Made by a program: the position numbers and the translations under genes. A DNA stretch of 14,156 nucleotides from Pseudomonadota bacterium (GTDB lineage: Bacteria > Bdellovibrionota > FAC87 > UBA2466), in assembly GCA_043718025.1 (NCBI GenBank), contig JAYSWN010000050.1:1-14156 (forward strand), written 5' to 3'. A model generated the notes under the pieces. It worked only from the letters and a program-made list of their open reading frames with translations. It searched no databases and had not been told where the DNA came from. Positions 1-9,709 of this stretch are shown here, in pieces. How positions within the stretch are numbered: the first letter of the stretch is position 1; each line of letters starts with the position of its first letter.

Positions 1-2
1 CC

Positions 3-1481
3 GGCGTGGCTCAGCGCCTGTTCGGGGCACTTCATGAAGTAAACGTTTCGGTGGTAATGATTTCGCAAGCCAGCTCCGAGCACTCGATCTGTTTTGCGAT
101 TTCACAACAACAAGCTGCAGTGGGAAAAGCCGCCATTGAAAAGACTTTCTTCGCCGAGCTTCACCACGGTCAGATCCAAAACATCAACGTTACCGAGAAT
201 TGCACCGTAATTGCTGCCGTGGGAGAAAACATGGCGGAAACCCCGGGCGTCGCCGCGCGTTTTTTTAGCGCGCTCGGTAAAGCCAACGTTAGTGTGAAGG
301 CAATTGCTCAGGGCTCTTCCGAACGAAATATATCCGCCGTGATTGGCGGTACGGAATCAATTCGGGCGCTCAGGGCAGTGCATTCGGCTTTCTTTCTCTC
401 GCCCCAAACCGTATCGATCGGGGTTATTGGGGCGGGCCTGATCGGAAGTACCTTTCTTGACCAACTTAAGGTTCAAACCGAGCGACTTCGTAGGGAGTTC
501 AAGATCGATCTTCGGGTAAGGGGAATCTTAACTTCAAAAAAAATGTGCCTCGGCGAGCCATCCATAAATTTAGAAAATTGGCGTAATGATTTAGAAAAGC
601 AAAGCACGGCGGCGCAACTAGATGCCTTTATAAAGCACATTAATGCCGACCATCTCCCCCATTCCGTAATTATTGAAGCAACCGCAAGCGAAGCCTTTTT
701 GCCCTCTTACCTCGGTTGGTTTGAGCAGGGGCTTCACTTAGTGACGCCAAATAAGAAAGCCAACTCAGCCTCGTTCGATTTCTATCGTCAATTGGTAGAG
801 ACGACTCGCCGCAAGCGGCGCCACTATTTTTACTCCACCACGGTGGGCGCCGGACTTCCGGTTTTAAGCACGTTGCGGGACATGGTTCAAACCGGAGATC
901 GTATCATTTCGATGGAAGGCATTCTTTCGGGCACGCTCTCCTACCTATTTAATTCCTTTAGTAAGGAAAATAAATTTTCTCAGGTAGTCGGGCAGGCCCG
1001 CGAAAAGGGTTTTACCGAGCCCGATCCGCGAGATGATCTTTCCGGTCAAGACGTTGGCAGAAAGCTCGTCATTCTAGCGAGAGAGATGGGACTGCCCCTA
1101 GAATTGGCCGATATTGAAATTGAAAATCTGGTCCCCGAGGCTGATCGCACAGGATCGGTGGAGGAGTGGCTCACCAAGTTGCCTAAAAACGATGCCACGA
1201 TGGAGCGCCGCCTTGAAGAAGCGGAAAAACGTGGCGAGGTGTTGCGTTACGTCGGAGTGATTGACCCTTCTACAAAATCATCTGTGCAGCTCAAGAGCTA
1301 TCCGAAAGATCACCCCTTCGCCGGACTTAAGCAAAGCGACAATATGGTCCTGTTCAAAACCGCGAGATACTCATCACAACCGTTAATTATTCGCGGACCG
1401 GGTGCCGGGCCAGAAGTCACGGCGGCCGGAGTGTTTGCGGACCTGCTCAGGCTCACCTCTTTTCTGGGGGGGAACTCGTGA
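3..1481 (+). CDS. thrA: Bifunctional aspartokinase / homoserine dehydrogenase I, 5'-truncated by window edge
   Basis: Two ACT-type repeats (ISQASSEHSICF; IAQGSSERNISAV), Rossmann motif GAGLIG, HSDH motifs VTPNKK, TTVGAGLP, GILSGT, TEPDPRDDLSG, GPGAGPEVTAAGVFADL. The frame is open to the window start, so GTG at 6 is internal. Confidence 0.97.
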   Translation, partial: GVAQRLFGALHEVNVSVVMISQASSEHSICFAISQQQAAVGKAAIEKTFFAELHHGQIQNINVTENCTVIAAVGENMAETPGVAARFFSALGKANVSVKAIAQGSSERNISAVIGGTESIRALRAVHSAFFLSPQTVSIGVIGAGLIGSTFLDQLKVQTERLRREFKIDLRVRGILTSKKMCLGEPSINLENWRNDLEKQSTAAQLDAFIKHINADHLPHSVIIEATASEAFLPSYLGWFEQGLHLVTPNKKANSASFDFYRQLVETTRRKRRHYFYSTTVGAGLPVLSTLRDMVQTGDRIISMEGILSGTLSYLFNSFSKENKFSQVVGQAREKGFTEPDPRDDLSGQDVGRKLVILAREMGLPLELADIEIENLVPEADRTGSVEEWLTKLPKNDATMERRLEEAEKRGEVLRYVGVIDPSTKSSVQLKSYPKDHPFAGLKQSDNMVLFKTARYSSQPLIIRGPGAGPEVTAAGVFADLLRLTSFLGGNS

Positions 1482-2434
1482 AAAGAGTGACCGTTTTTGC
1501 GCCCGCCACGGTCGCCAACGTAGCCGTGGGCTTTGATCTGCTTGGTTTTGCGCAAAGTATGGTGGGCGACGAAGTCACTTTGACGCGAATAGAGCGGCCC
1601 GAAGTTGAAATTACGACAATTGGGCAGCAAAGCCACCTACAACCGAACGAAACCTCTGGCTTGCCGCTCGACCCCGCAAAAAACACGGCTGCCGTGGGCT
1701 TGATCCAGCTCATTAAGGATTTGAAACTACGGTTTGGTTTTTCGGTAAGCATAAAAAAAGGCATTCCACTAAGTTCGGGCATGGGTGGATCGGCGGCTTC
1801 CGCAGTTGCCGCCGTAGTGGCCGCGAATGAATTCTTAAATGTTAAATTAACAAAATCGGAGTTGGTATCCTACGCCTTGCTGGGTGAAGCAGTTGCCAGC
1901 GGATCGGCTCACGCCGACAACATCAGCCCGTGCCTTTACGGTGGCCTCACTCTCACCAAATCGATCGATCCAGTTGATGTCATTTCGATACCGGTGCCCG
2001 ATACAATTCTCTGCGTCTTGATTCACCCCAATCTTCAGGTCAACACTAAGGCGGCGCGCCAGATTTTGCGCACCGAAATTTCTTTAAAGGATCACGTAAA
2101 ACAATCAGCCCATTTGGCGGGGTTTATGGCGGGCTGCTTCACAAACGACCTATCCCTCATCCAAAGATCGCTGGTGGATTGGATCATTGAACCGCAACGC
2201 GCCTCCTTGATTCCTTCGTTTGCCTTGGTCAAAGAACAAGCGCTAAAAGGCGGAGCCCTTGGCTGTTCTCTGTCTGGCTCGGGCCCCAGCCTCTTTGCCT
2301 GGACGGCCTCCATGGAATCGGCAAACAAAATAAAAGCGGCGATGCTACAGCAATTTAATTCGGCGGGAATTGAAGCCCAAGGTTGGATCTCTCCGATCAG
2401 TACCCAAGGGGCACGGGTAACGTTTAAAGAATGA
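1478..2434 (+). CDS. thrB: Homoserine kinase (GHMP family)
   Basis: PATVANVAVGFD N-terminal motif, GHMP P-loop IPLSSGMGGSAAS, HADN, SGSGPS. GTG start overlaps the thrA stop (GTGA); lies between thrA and thrC. Confidence 0.97.
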   Translation: MKRVTVFAPATVANVAVGFDLLGFAQSMVGDEVTLTRIERPEVEITTIGQQSHLQPNETSGLPLDPAKNTAAVGLIQLIKDLKLRFGFSVSIKKGIPLSSGMGGSAASAVAAVVAANEFLNVKLTKSELVSYALLGEAVASGSAHADNISPCLYGGLTLTKSIDPVDVISIPVPDTILCVLIHPNLQVNTKAARQILRTEISLKDHVKQSAHLAGFMAGCFTNDLSLIQRSLVDWIIEPQRASLIPSFALVKEQALKGGALGCSLSGSGPSLFAWTASMESANKIKAAMLQQFNSAGIEAQGWISPISTQGARVTFKE

Positions 2435-2444
2435 GGCCTGCGGC

Positions 2445-3731
2445 ATGAAGTTTCATAGCACCCGAAATCACGATCGCAAATATGCTCTTTCTTACGCCCT
2501 TGAACATAGCCTTGCCGAAGACGGCGGCCTTTTTGTGCCAGAATCGTTTCCTCAGTTCACCATTAAGTCCTTTGACGGGCTAGAGCTTCTACCGGACATT
2601 GCCTGCCGTTGGCTCGAACCTTTCTTTCAAAACGACCGGCTGCAAGAGTTTTTACCTGAGATCTGCCGACAGACCTTTTCCTTTCCCATTCCATTGAAGA
2701 GGCTCGACGACAAAACTGAGGTGCTTGAGCTTTTTCACGGACCCACTTGTGCCTTTAAGGATGTTGGCGCCCGGTTTTTAGCCGAATGCTTGAGTCGCCT
2801 CACTGAACCAAATGCCCCGTTAAAAACCGTGCTCGTGGCCACCTCAGGCGACACGGGGGCGGCCGTCGCGGCGGCTTTCTATGGACGGCCTGGCTTTGAA
2901 GTTATCATTCTGTTTCCCCGAGGAAAGGTTTCGGCTCGCCAAGAAAAGCAACTCACGAGTTGGGGGCAAAATGTTCGGGCGTTTGCCGTGCAGGGGGATT
3001 TTGACGACTGTCAGAGAATAGTAAAGGCGGCGTTTTCAGATCCGTGGTGGAAATTAAACCGATCGCTGGTCTCGGCCAATAGCATTAACATAGGGCGGCT
3101 ACTTCCGCAGGCGGCCTACTACGTAAAAGCGAGCCTCACCCATTGGCGAGAAGAAGGCGTTGCCCCATTTTTGATTGTTCCTTCAGGAAACTTGGGCAAT
3201 GCCACCGCCGCACTGTGGGCGAAGAAAACCGGCCTACCCATTGAGAAGGTAGTCCTGGCCACTAATGCGAACGCCACAATCACTAACTTTTTTCGCACAG
3301 AAAAATGGGCGCCGGTACCCACCGTAGTAACGCTGGCCAACGCCATGGATGTGGGAAACCCAAGCAATATGGAACGGATTCGTGACCTCTATCCCGACTT
3401 TAAGAAACTTAAGACCGACATAGATTCGGTTTTAGCAACCGACTTGCAGATCACGACGGCGATCAAAGAGAGCGATATAAAGTGGAAAGTGGAGTTCTGC
3501 CCCCATACCGCCACGGCGGCGTTTGCCCGCACCAATTTCAAAGACTTTGCTTCAATTCTAGTGGCTACCGCCCACCCCGCGAAATTTGAGACGATTGTTG
3601 AGCCCCTGCTGAAACGCCCGATCGAAATCCCCCTGGCGCTTAACAAACTCTTGTCGCAGCCCTCCCACGTTAAAGCACTAGAGCCCACCCTTGAGGCACT
3701 GACGAAAAGCTGCGCCGAACCGCTCGCATAA
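2445..3731 (+). CDS. thrC: Threonine synthase (PLP-dependent)
   Basis: ELFHGPTCAFKD (PLP lysine), ATSGDTG, GDFDDCQ, NSINIGR, VPSGNLGN, CPHTA, TAHPAKF. GAGG RBS at 2433-2436. Confidence 0.97.
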   Translation: MKFHSTRNHDRKYALSYALEHSLAEDGGLFVPESFPQFTIKSFDGLELLPDIACRWLEPFFQNDRLQEFLPEICRQTFSFPIPLKRLDDKTEVLELFHGPTCAFKDVGARFLAECLSRLTEPNAPLKTVLVATSGDTGAAVAAAFYGRPGFEVIILFPRGKVSARQEKQLTSWGQNVRAFAVQGDFDDCQRIVKAAFSDPWWKLNRSLVSANSINIGRLLPQAAYYVKASLTHWREEGVAPFLIVPSGNLGNATAALWAKKTGLPIEKVVLATNANATITNFFRTEKWAPVPTVVTLANAMDVGNPSNMERIRDLYPDFKKLKTDIDSVLATDLQITTAIKESDIKWKVEFCPHTATAAFARTNFKDFASILVATAHPAKFETIVEPLLKRPIEIPLALNKLLSQPSHVKALEPTLEALTKSCAEPLA

Positions 3732-3760
3732 TTGCTATATATTTTTCAGCCGGAGTTACA

Positions 3761-4963
3761 TTGTATCGCAGCGCAATCCGAACCAACGCTTCTCAGATAG
3801 CCGTATTTATCTATTTGGCAGTCGCGACCACGTCCTATTTGGTAATTCCATTTTTCGCTTGGCGGGGGCTAGACCTACATAACTTGTTTGCCTTTCACAA
3901 TTGCGGAGAACTTTCTAATCACCCCTATGCACTATCGGCAATCGGCTGTGGTGATGTTGGCGCACGAGCCATGGCCTACCCGCCACTCCTCTATTGGTCA
4001 TTCGCTTGGCTTAGAGTGGTTTCATTCCGGGTGGCAGAAACGCTTTGGGAGACGGCCATCGTTGTCTTGATGAGCGCCTCCTTCGTAATTGTCTATTGTT
4101 CAACGTGGCGGAAACGCCGATTATTTTCCGCATTCTGTTTTGCCCTTTTACTCGGGGTGCAGTTTCCCATGATGTTTGCGATGGAACGCGGAAATGTGGA
4201 TGCCCTGATCGTTTTTATTTGGGTTTTCAGTGCCTGGGCATACTCAAAGTCGAATCTGTATTTAGGGTGGTCGGGATTCGCGCTGGCTTCGACGCTAAAA
4301 TTGTTTCCGGGGGTAGGACTAATTCCATTTATTTTTGGTCAAACGCTTGGAAGAAGGGGCCAAACCAAGGAATGGATCCTAACTCAGTGGAAACCTGCGA
4401 TTGCCGCCATGGCACTCGTTCTGCTGGCCAGTTTTCTCGACTACGAAAACACAAAGGCATATGTCTTTGGTGTTCTTCCTAAATATTCGAGACTTCGGGT
4501 TGAGGTAGCATACTATTCTCATTCTCTCCCAGCCGTTTTTCACTCCAGCCCTGCCCTAAAATACCTAAGCTGGCTGAGTCTCTACGGAAGCTGGGCGTAC
4601 TTGGTGCACAAGAAAATTAGATCAGATAGTTTTTTTGTTATTAGTGGGCTACTTGCTACGACCACTTTTGTGGCTGGGGTCTCGTACGACTACAACTTAC
4701 TCACTGCCTACCCTCTGCTTTTTTTACTCTACCTGCGTGCGTCATCAAAGATCGACTGGGCATTAGTTTTAAGTGGCTTACTCGTCTTCACCGGCCAAGC
4801 AGGTCTCTATTTAGCGTCAAGATTGGTAACTAGTTTCCCAAGGGAGCTTCACGTGGCCAGCCTAATTGGCTGGCTCGTGATACTGGCGCTCTACTTAGCC
4901 TTCGGCTTGGGTTTTAATGGGGACGAGTCCACTGCGAACGGCAAAATCCCAAAGACAGATTAA
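3761..4963 (+). CDS. Polytopic membrane glycosyltransferase, GT87 (DUF2029)-like
   Basis: Many hydrophobic segments plus YPPL, ERGNVD, LKLFP and late YDY motifs typical of GT87/GT-C proteins. The TTG start is uncertain. Confidence 0.7.
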   Translation: MYRSAIRTNASQIAVFIYLAVATTSYLVIPFFAWRGLDLHNLFAFHNCGELSNHPYALSAIGCGDVGARAMAYPPLLYWSFAWLRVVSFRVAETLWETAIVVLMSASFVIVYCSTWRKRRLFSAFCFALLLGVQFPMMFAMERGNVDALIVFIWVFSAWAYSKSNLYLGWSGFALASTLKLFPGVGLIPFIFGQTLGRRGQTKEWILTQWKPAIAAMALVLLASFLDYENTKAYVFGVLPKYSRLRVEVAYYSHSLPAVFHSSPALKYLSWLSLYGSWAYLVHKKIRSDSFFVISGLLATTTFVAGVSYDYNLLTAYPLLFLLYLRASSKIDWALVLSGLLVFTGQAGLYLASRLVTSFPRELHVASLIGWLVILALYLAFGLGFNGDESTANGKIPKTD

Positions 4964-4995
4964 CTGTCGCAACCAAATGAGTTATCCTCTCTGCT

Positions 4996-6570
4996 ATGCT
5001 GCGCGGCTTAGGAAAATCCAAAACGATACCTTTCGTTTTGGTGCTGATCGTTGTTTCGATACTGGTTTTGAGCTGCTCGTTTTCCATTCGCCCTCAAACG
5101 CTTACCTTTTCTTTATCTCATCGTAACGCATCGCGCCTTGGTCGTGATTTATCAGATTTGGATCACTTTGCTTTGGTAATAACGGAAGGGCTGCCCAATA
5201 CGATCAGCTCGAATGACGTCGGCGGAAAGAGTTTAGGGTGCCTCTTTCTTAACGGGCTCGTGACTTTTCCCCTCACGCTGGCCCAACTCGTCTCCGGCAT
5301 TAACCTTTCGATTCCGACGGGAACCTACCGCTTTAGCGTTATCGGCTTTGATAGTTCAGGAGTGGTGAATCCGTCGAGCATTGCCGAACTCTACTTAAAC
5401 TCACCGACGCTAAAAGAGTACGTTGTTGCCCAAGCCACGTTGAGCACTCTGCAAAGCAATAAAGTGAATTTGTCCCCCACTTTTGCGACGGGGGTCACCC
5501 CTGACCAGCTGGGATTGTGCCCAGTGACCACCACGGTTTTGCATGGACTTTTAACCTCCACCACCAAAGTTTTTTACTTGAAGGGAATTCGATCGCAGTG
5601 GTCAACTTCACCGGTGAGCGGCCTCGACAACGCTTCCCAGGGCAGCCTTGCCCTAGCTGCCGATGGCACCGCCCACGTTAGCTACGGCGAACCTGACGGG
5701 GTTTCAGGGCTGCAATATGCCACAAATAAAACGGGCACGTTTGCCAGCCAGCAGGTGACAAACAGCACGGGCGGAAAAAACTATTCGGCCATTGCCATTG
5801 ACAGCGTCAACGATATTCAAGTGGTGAGCAATGAAGCGGCCAACCTTTTTAATTTAGTGGGATTCACCAATCACAATACACTATGGAATAATGGATCTCC
5901 AATCCAGACCGGCCTTGGTGTGCATGTTCAACAATTGGATTTGGTTGCTGGCGCCAACCGAACCCTTTTTCTGATGAGCAAGATAACCACCCCGGGAGCC
6001 GGATTGGATCTTTTCCTCAAAAATTCTTCCCTAAACTGGACCTCCGCGCAAGTTGCAACGGCCGAACCTACACCGTGCACGGGTGGTATTTTTGAACCCA
6101 GTGGCGTCTACGACGCCGAAGGATTTGCCCACGCCGTTTATAGATGCAAGCCCGGCGGGCCCTTTGACTATATCGGCTATGCCACAAACCGATCTGGAAT
6201 GTGGCTGACCTCTAAAGTTTACGAACTCGCCGGCCGGTTTACGATTCCTCGCTTGGCCATTGACGGCGCCGGAGGGATGCACGCTGTTTATAGAAATTCT
6301 GCCAATGAGTTATGGTATCAATATAGGGCTCAGTTTACCGGAAATTGGAGCACACCCATCGTAATTTTATCTGAACTTGCAATCATCACGGACGGGGTTG
6401 AGATTGCCGCCCCCAGCGCCAATGATGTGCACGTGATCGTACTTCGCAATCAATCTGGAGTCGGCCATTTGACGTACTTGACGAACCGTTCGGGCAGCTG
6501 GGTTCCCACCTACCCCGCGGGCGACTATTCTGCCGACGCAAGAATATTGAACGGCTTTTTTGCACGATGA
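4996..6570 (+). CDS. Exported protein (probable lipoprotein) with C-terminal beta-propeller
   Basis: Basic N-region, hydrophobic stretch and lipobox-like VLS|C. About 6-7 repeats of the pattern xLAIDxxGxxHxVY...YATNxSGxW from about residue 180 to the end. Confidence 0.7.
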   Translation: MLRGLGKSKTIPFVLVLIVVSILVLSCSFSIRPQTLTFSLSHRNASRLGRDLSDLDHFALVITEGLPNTISSNDVGGKSLGCLFLNGLVTFPLTLAQLVSGINLSIPTGTYRFSVIGFDSSGVVNPSSIAELYLNSPTLKEYVVAQATLSTLQSNKVNLSPTFATGVTPDQLGLCPVTTTVLHGLLTSTTKVFYLKGIRSQWSTSPVSGLDNASQGSLALAADGTAHVSYGEPDGVSGLQYATNKTGTFASQQVTNSTGGKNYSAIAIDSVNDIQVVSNEAANLFNLVGFTNHNTLWNNGSPIQTGLGVHVQQLDLVAGANRTLFLMSKITTPGAGLDLFLKNSSLNWTSAQVATAEPTPCTGGIFEPSGVYDAEGFAHAVYRCKPGGPFDYIGYATNRSGMWLTSKVYELAGRFTIPRLAIDGAGGMHAVYRNSANELWYQYRAQFTGNWSTPIVILSELAIITDGVEIAAPSANDVHVIVLRNQSGVGHLTYLTNRSGSWVPTYPAGDYSADARILNGFFAR

Positions 6571-6648
6571 AAAAATGTCGGCAGCCGATAAAGGTCGCCA
6601 TGCAGCGAAGGCTGATGGCGGAACCTTATCTAAACCAATCGTGTCTAG

Positions 6649-7371
6649 TCACTTCTCTTGAATGAACACAGGAATCTGACAAGCCGATTGTAGAGGGCCA
6701 TTTGCGGTGATTAGGATTTTTGAGATCCGCAAACCAGATGCATCGTTCACCGAATAGAGATTGCTCTCTTTGTTGATCAACTTCGCCTTATCTTTTACCC
6801 CTTCGGTCACGGTACTGGCTTCAAGAATTTCTACCGCTTGGCAAAACTTCGGAACCGCTAAACGAAAATGAGTGATTTTTTTAGCGGGAACAGCAATCTC
6901 CAGGTTCTGAGCAAAACCACCTGGGTACTCTATCGCTCCCAATAACGTATCCTCACCGGAGCTCACTCCAGCGCCGGCGTAGACCTTCCACCGGCAGGTC
7001 AGACTGGAGTAGTACGGCTGGTCAATTTCAAAGCGAATCCCGTCGAAGGCTCCCCCTTCGTAATGGTGATACCCCTTCGAGAGCGTTGCCCGCTGCCAAT
7101 TTTTGGTTCCCGCCGCACGAACCAACACCTTCATATAAGTAGAATTTGCGGGGCAGCCAGCAGTGACAACGTGGGCGATTCTGATGGGACTAGATCCTGT
7201 AGCCGGAAAGGAATCTTCCCAAGTGCTTTGACCCTGCCGCATGCGCAACCGGACGGTATAAACTACTTCTTCGGTTTTTTTGTCAGCTACTTTGCTTCCG
7301 CTTGTTTCACTGCCAAAGGCGCCCCAGTTGATACTGGCTGAAATCAGTAAAGCCATTATGTAATGTGTCAT
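6649..7371 (-). CDS. Secreted hypothetical protein with four cysteines
   Basis: 240-aa ORF, N-terminal signal-like segment, AGGGGGA RBS upstream (+ strand 7378-7384), beta-rich composition. No family recognised. Confidence 0.7.
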   Translation of the reverse strand: MTHYIMALLISASINWGAFGSETSGSKVADKKTEEVVYTVRLRMRQGQSTWEDSFPATGSSPIRIAHVVTAGCPANSTYMKVLVRAAGTKNWQRATLSKGYHHYEGGAFDGIRFEIDQPYYSSLTCRWKVYAGAGVSSGEDTLLGAIEYPGGFAQNLEIAVPAKKITHFRLAVPKFCQAVEILEASTVTEGVKDKAKLINKESNLYSVNDASGLRISKILITANGPLQSACQIPVFIQEK

Positions 7372-7581
7372 TTAAAGTCCCCCTGTTAAGGATAGATCTA
7401 TATCAACCGGGAGCGAGAAAGACGAAGTGAGGTAAAAGGACTCGATACAAACTGTGGACATTCGCATCAGCAATTTGACCGCACATTAGGGTGCCTACGA
7501 ACTTTCCGTCCCCGACTGTCCGGGGGGGCTTAACCAACTGGCAAGACGGTAAAGTGCCGCAATCGCAGTGTGACGCTCTAT

Positions 7582-8601
7582 TCAACTACAGTTTGGCGCC
7601 GCTTCCAGAGTGCAACTAACGGCGTCGCGACTCCCCCCACAATAAGCCTCACAATCTGTCGTTAGCGATTGGGTTGAGTTGGTGGAGGCCTCCGCTGAAC
7701 TGGCGCCCCGAACCGAACTCTTTGTCATCTCGCGTTTTTTAATGGCCGAGGGATTGCGGTATTCAATTAGGCAAGTTGCGGTACACGTAAAGGTGCTTTT
7801 GCCAGCCCGAATCGGTGAACGGACGGCAGGGTCGATCGGATCGATTGGAGTCACTTCTAAAATGTCAGGCTGCCCGCCATCAAGACCGGTCATCAGATCG
7901 CGGGCCTGGTTTAAAACGTCCGTAGCGGCTGGATTATTATGTTCGGTCGCGGAGAAGTATCGACACTTATCGCTACTACAACCCATTAATGGCCCAAGAT
8001 ATTCAAAAACTTTATATCTTTTAGGATCTGGAACACTGTAAAGCCCTGAACCCGAAACCCCATCGTCGATGGTCATTGCAGCGTTGTTCGTCGTCGTTAG
8101 ATAAACGTTCTCACTTGGATCGTCAGAGTAGTTTTCAATAACTTCCTCAACGGCACGGCCTGCCTTAAAGACCTGCGCAACATTGGGAATCAAGTTTCCA
8201 TTTGCATCAGAACCCTGGCCCGATCCCCGTTCGCTTCGGGTCACCGTGTGGGTGCAGACTCCCTTTGGAAAAACCAGAAGGGCGAAGTCATCTCCTCTGA
8301 CCCCTCTTTCTCCGCCACGCCCCGCGGGAATACCACCGGTGCGTCTAACGCTACTTGCCACGAATACTTTAGTGGACTCGATGCCGTTTACGTTCACCCC
8401 TCCCCGTTCGAGATTTGGAATGCAGTGAGCAACCGTGGCGACGATCGACTGGTCCGACTTTGTTTTAAGACAGGTGCCCCAGCAAGTTCTGCCATCGTCG
8501 GTTCTGGTGTATTCAACTTCCGCCGGTTGAGAAAACGCCGTTGGGGTCACGACAAGAATCGAAAATAAAAAAATAGCAGAAAGACGATTAAGAATGCTCA
8601 T
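7582..8601 (-). CDS. Secreted trypsin-like (S1) serine protease with Cys-rich C-terminal domain
   Basis: Signal peptide MSILNRLSAIFLFSILVVTPTAFS; TCWGT, TVAHC (His), DDFALL (Asp), DGVSGSGL (Ser). Start moved from 8658 to ATG 8601, which has an AAGGGAG RBS (+ strand 8609-8615). Confidence 0.75.
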   Translation of the reverse strand: MSILNRLSAIFLFSILVVTPTAFSQPAEVEYTRTDDGRTCWGTCLKTKSDQSIVATVAHCIPNLERGGVNVNGIESTKVFVASSVRRTGGIPAGRGGERGVRGDDFALLVFPKGVCTHTVTRSERGSGQGSDANGNLIPNVAQVFKAGRAVEEVIENYSDDPSENVYLTTTNNAAMTIDDGVSGSGLYSVPDPKRYKVFEYLGPLMGCSSDKCRYFSATEHNNPAATDVLNQARDLMTGLDGGQPDILEVTPIDPIDPAVRSPIRAGKSTFTCTATCLIEYRNPSAIKKREMTKSSVRGASSAEASTNSTQSLTTDCEAYCGGSRDAVSCTLEAAPNCS

Positions 8602-8714
8602 GTACAAACTCCCTTGAGTTAAACCTCTACTCAGTCGAAAACAGCGGTGATTTAACATAGGCGTAAATTTAAGAGATAGATTCTATTTACACGACGAGAA
8701 ATCGTTAACTTTTT

Positions 8715-8735
8715 TGTGGACGTAACTTGTCCACA
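8715..8735. promoter_or_regulatory. Inverted repeat TGTGGAC-N7-GTCCACA, candidate operator between divergent proteases
   Basis: Perfect 7-bp arms in the 8602-8826 divergent intergenic region. Confidence 0.35.
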
Positions 8736-8826
8736 GAACAGAATTTTGGTGGCCAACGCACGGCACGTTGATGCTACAAGCTGGGCCTTAGGGTGCCCCT
8801 TTTTTCGAGGTCGAAAGGAATTTTAT

Positions 8827-9489
8827 ATGAGTCTAAAGATAGCGCTTTGGTGGCGCATCGCCGCTTTCGCGGTTGCACTGAATTGCGCGCCAGGAGAGGC
8901 GCAGAAGGTGAGCCCTTCCCCACTTAATAGTTGCCTCACGGAAAACATCATATTCAGCCAGGCCCCTACTGTGGTGGCCATTCGCGGCGGCTTTCAACAC
9001 GACGACCATATCATCCGGGCAGTTCGAGACTGGGCCAGGGCGATGGAAACGGCGGTAGACGCACATCAACTCAATTCTGATGTTGAGATTAAGCACTCCA
9101 ACGTGGCCCCAGGTATTGATTACCAAAATTCAATGGACGACCTGTACTGGGACGCGTGCCTTAGAGTTGAAATTGTGGATGCACTTGCGAATGTTCGAAT
9201 CGGTGAGGCTTTTGAATTCTCAACCAGCTCGGTTGGCATAAGGCTTTTGAAGAACCACGGGTATTCGGTAGTAGCGCATGAGATTGGGCATGTGCTTGGA
9301 CTTGGCCATAGCCAAGATCGAAACGCCATTATGTTCTTCGAGTTTTCTTCTAAGTTAGGATTGAATGAGGATGACATCGCGGGCGCCAAAGATATCTACC
9401 GCCTTCACCTAAAGAGTAAAAAGGACAAAGGCGACCTCCCCAACAGCCCACCACCCGGCGATAAGGGCAGTTTTAGAATCAGTCCATGA
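8827..9489 (+). CDS. Secreted matrixin-like (M10/metzincin) zinc metalloprotease
   Basis: HEIGHVLGLGH zinc motif (9277-9309), Met-turn AIM, then L..DDIAG...IY. Signal-like N-terminus from ATG 8827 with AAAGGA RBS at 8814-8819. Confidence 0.85.
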   Translation: MSLKIALWWRIAAFAVALNCAPGEAQKVSPSPLNSCLTENIIFSQAPTVVAIRGGFQHDDHIIRAVRDWARAMETAVDAHQLNSDVEIKHSNVAPGIDYQNSMDDLYWDACLRVEIVDALANVRIGEAFEFSTSSVGIRLLKNHGYSVVAHEIGHVLGLGHSQDRNAIMFFEFSSKLGLNEDDIAGAKDIYRLHLKSKKDKGDLPNSPPPGDKGSFRISP

Positions 9490-9612
9490 AAAACGTGGTG
9501 GTTCTCTGGGATGGGACTGCCTTAATGGGCAAAACCGTTTAGATCTCAAGCCCTACCTAGACTATCGTCTCCATTGAGGAGCGAGCTTTGTTTGGGCTGG
9601 GCATGTTTTCCC

Positions 9613-9641
9613 TTGCCACACTGAGGCTAAATTCCTACATT
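9613..9641 (+). promoter_or_regulatory. sigma70-type promoter for the tRNA-Thr/tRNA-Tyr transcript
   Basis: -35 TTGCCA (9613-9618), 17-bp spacer, -10 TACATT (9636-9641), about 70 bp upstream of tRNA-Thr. Confidence 0.65.
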
Positions 9642-9709
9642 TACAGGCTCAATTTTGAGGTTAAATCCGTTTAAGCGTTATGCCGGCGTAACGGCGAATT
9701 TATATATAG

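Noticed and set aside
7403..7585. 60-aa minus-strand ORF overlapping the protease stop
   Set aside because: TTG start, no RBS and no recognisable features; cannot be supported, though a small gene is not excluded.
8727..8735. DnaA box / replication origin (TTGTCCACA)
   Set aside because: One mismatched box, no box cluster and no dnaA context.
8761..8775. sigma54 promoter (CGGCACG...TGCT) before the metalloprotease
   Set aside because: GG-to-GC spacing is one base short of the strict -24/-12 requirement.
1310..9389. Many short overlapping or antisense ORFs in the track (e.g. 1310-1636, 4045-4482, 7679-8041, 8833-9126)
   Set aside because: Shadows of well-supported genes, with no motifs or RBS.
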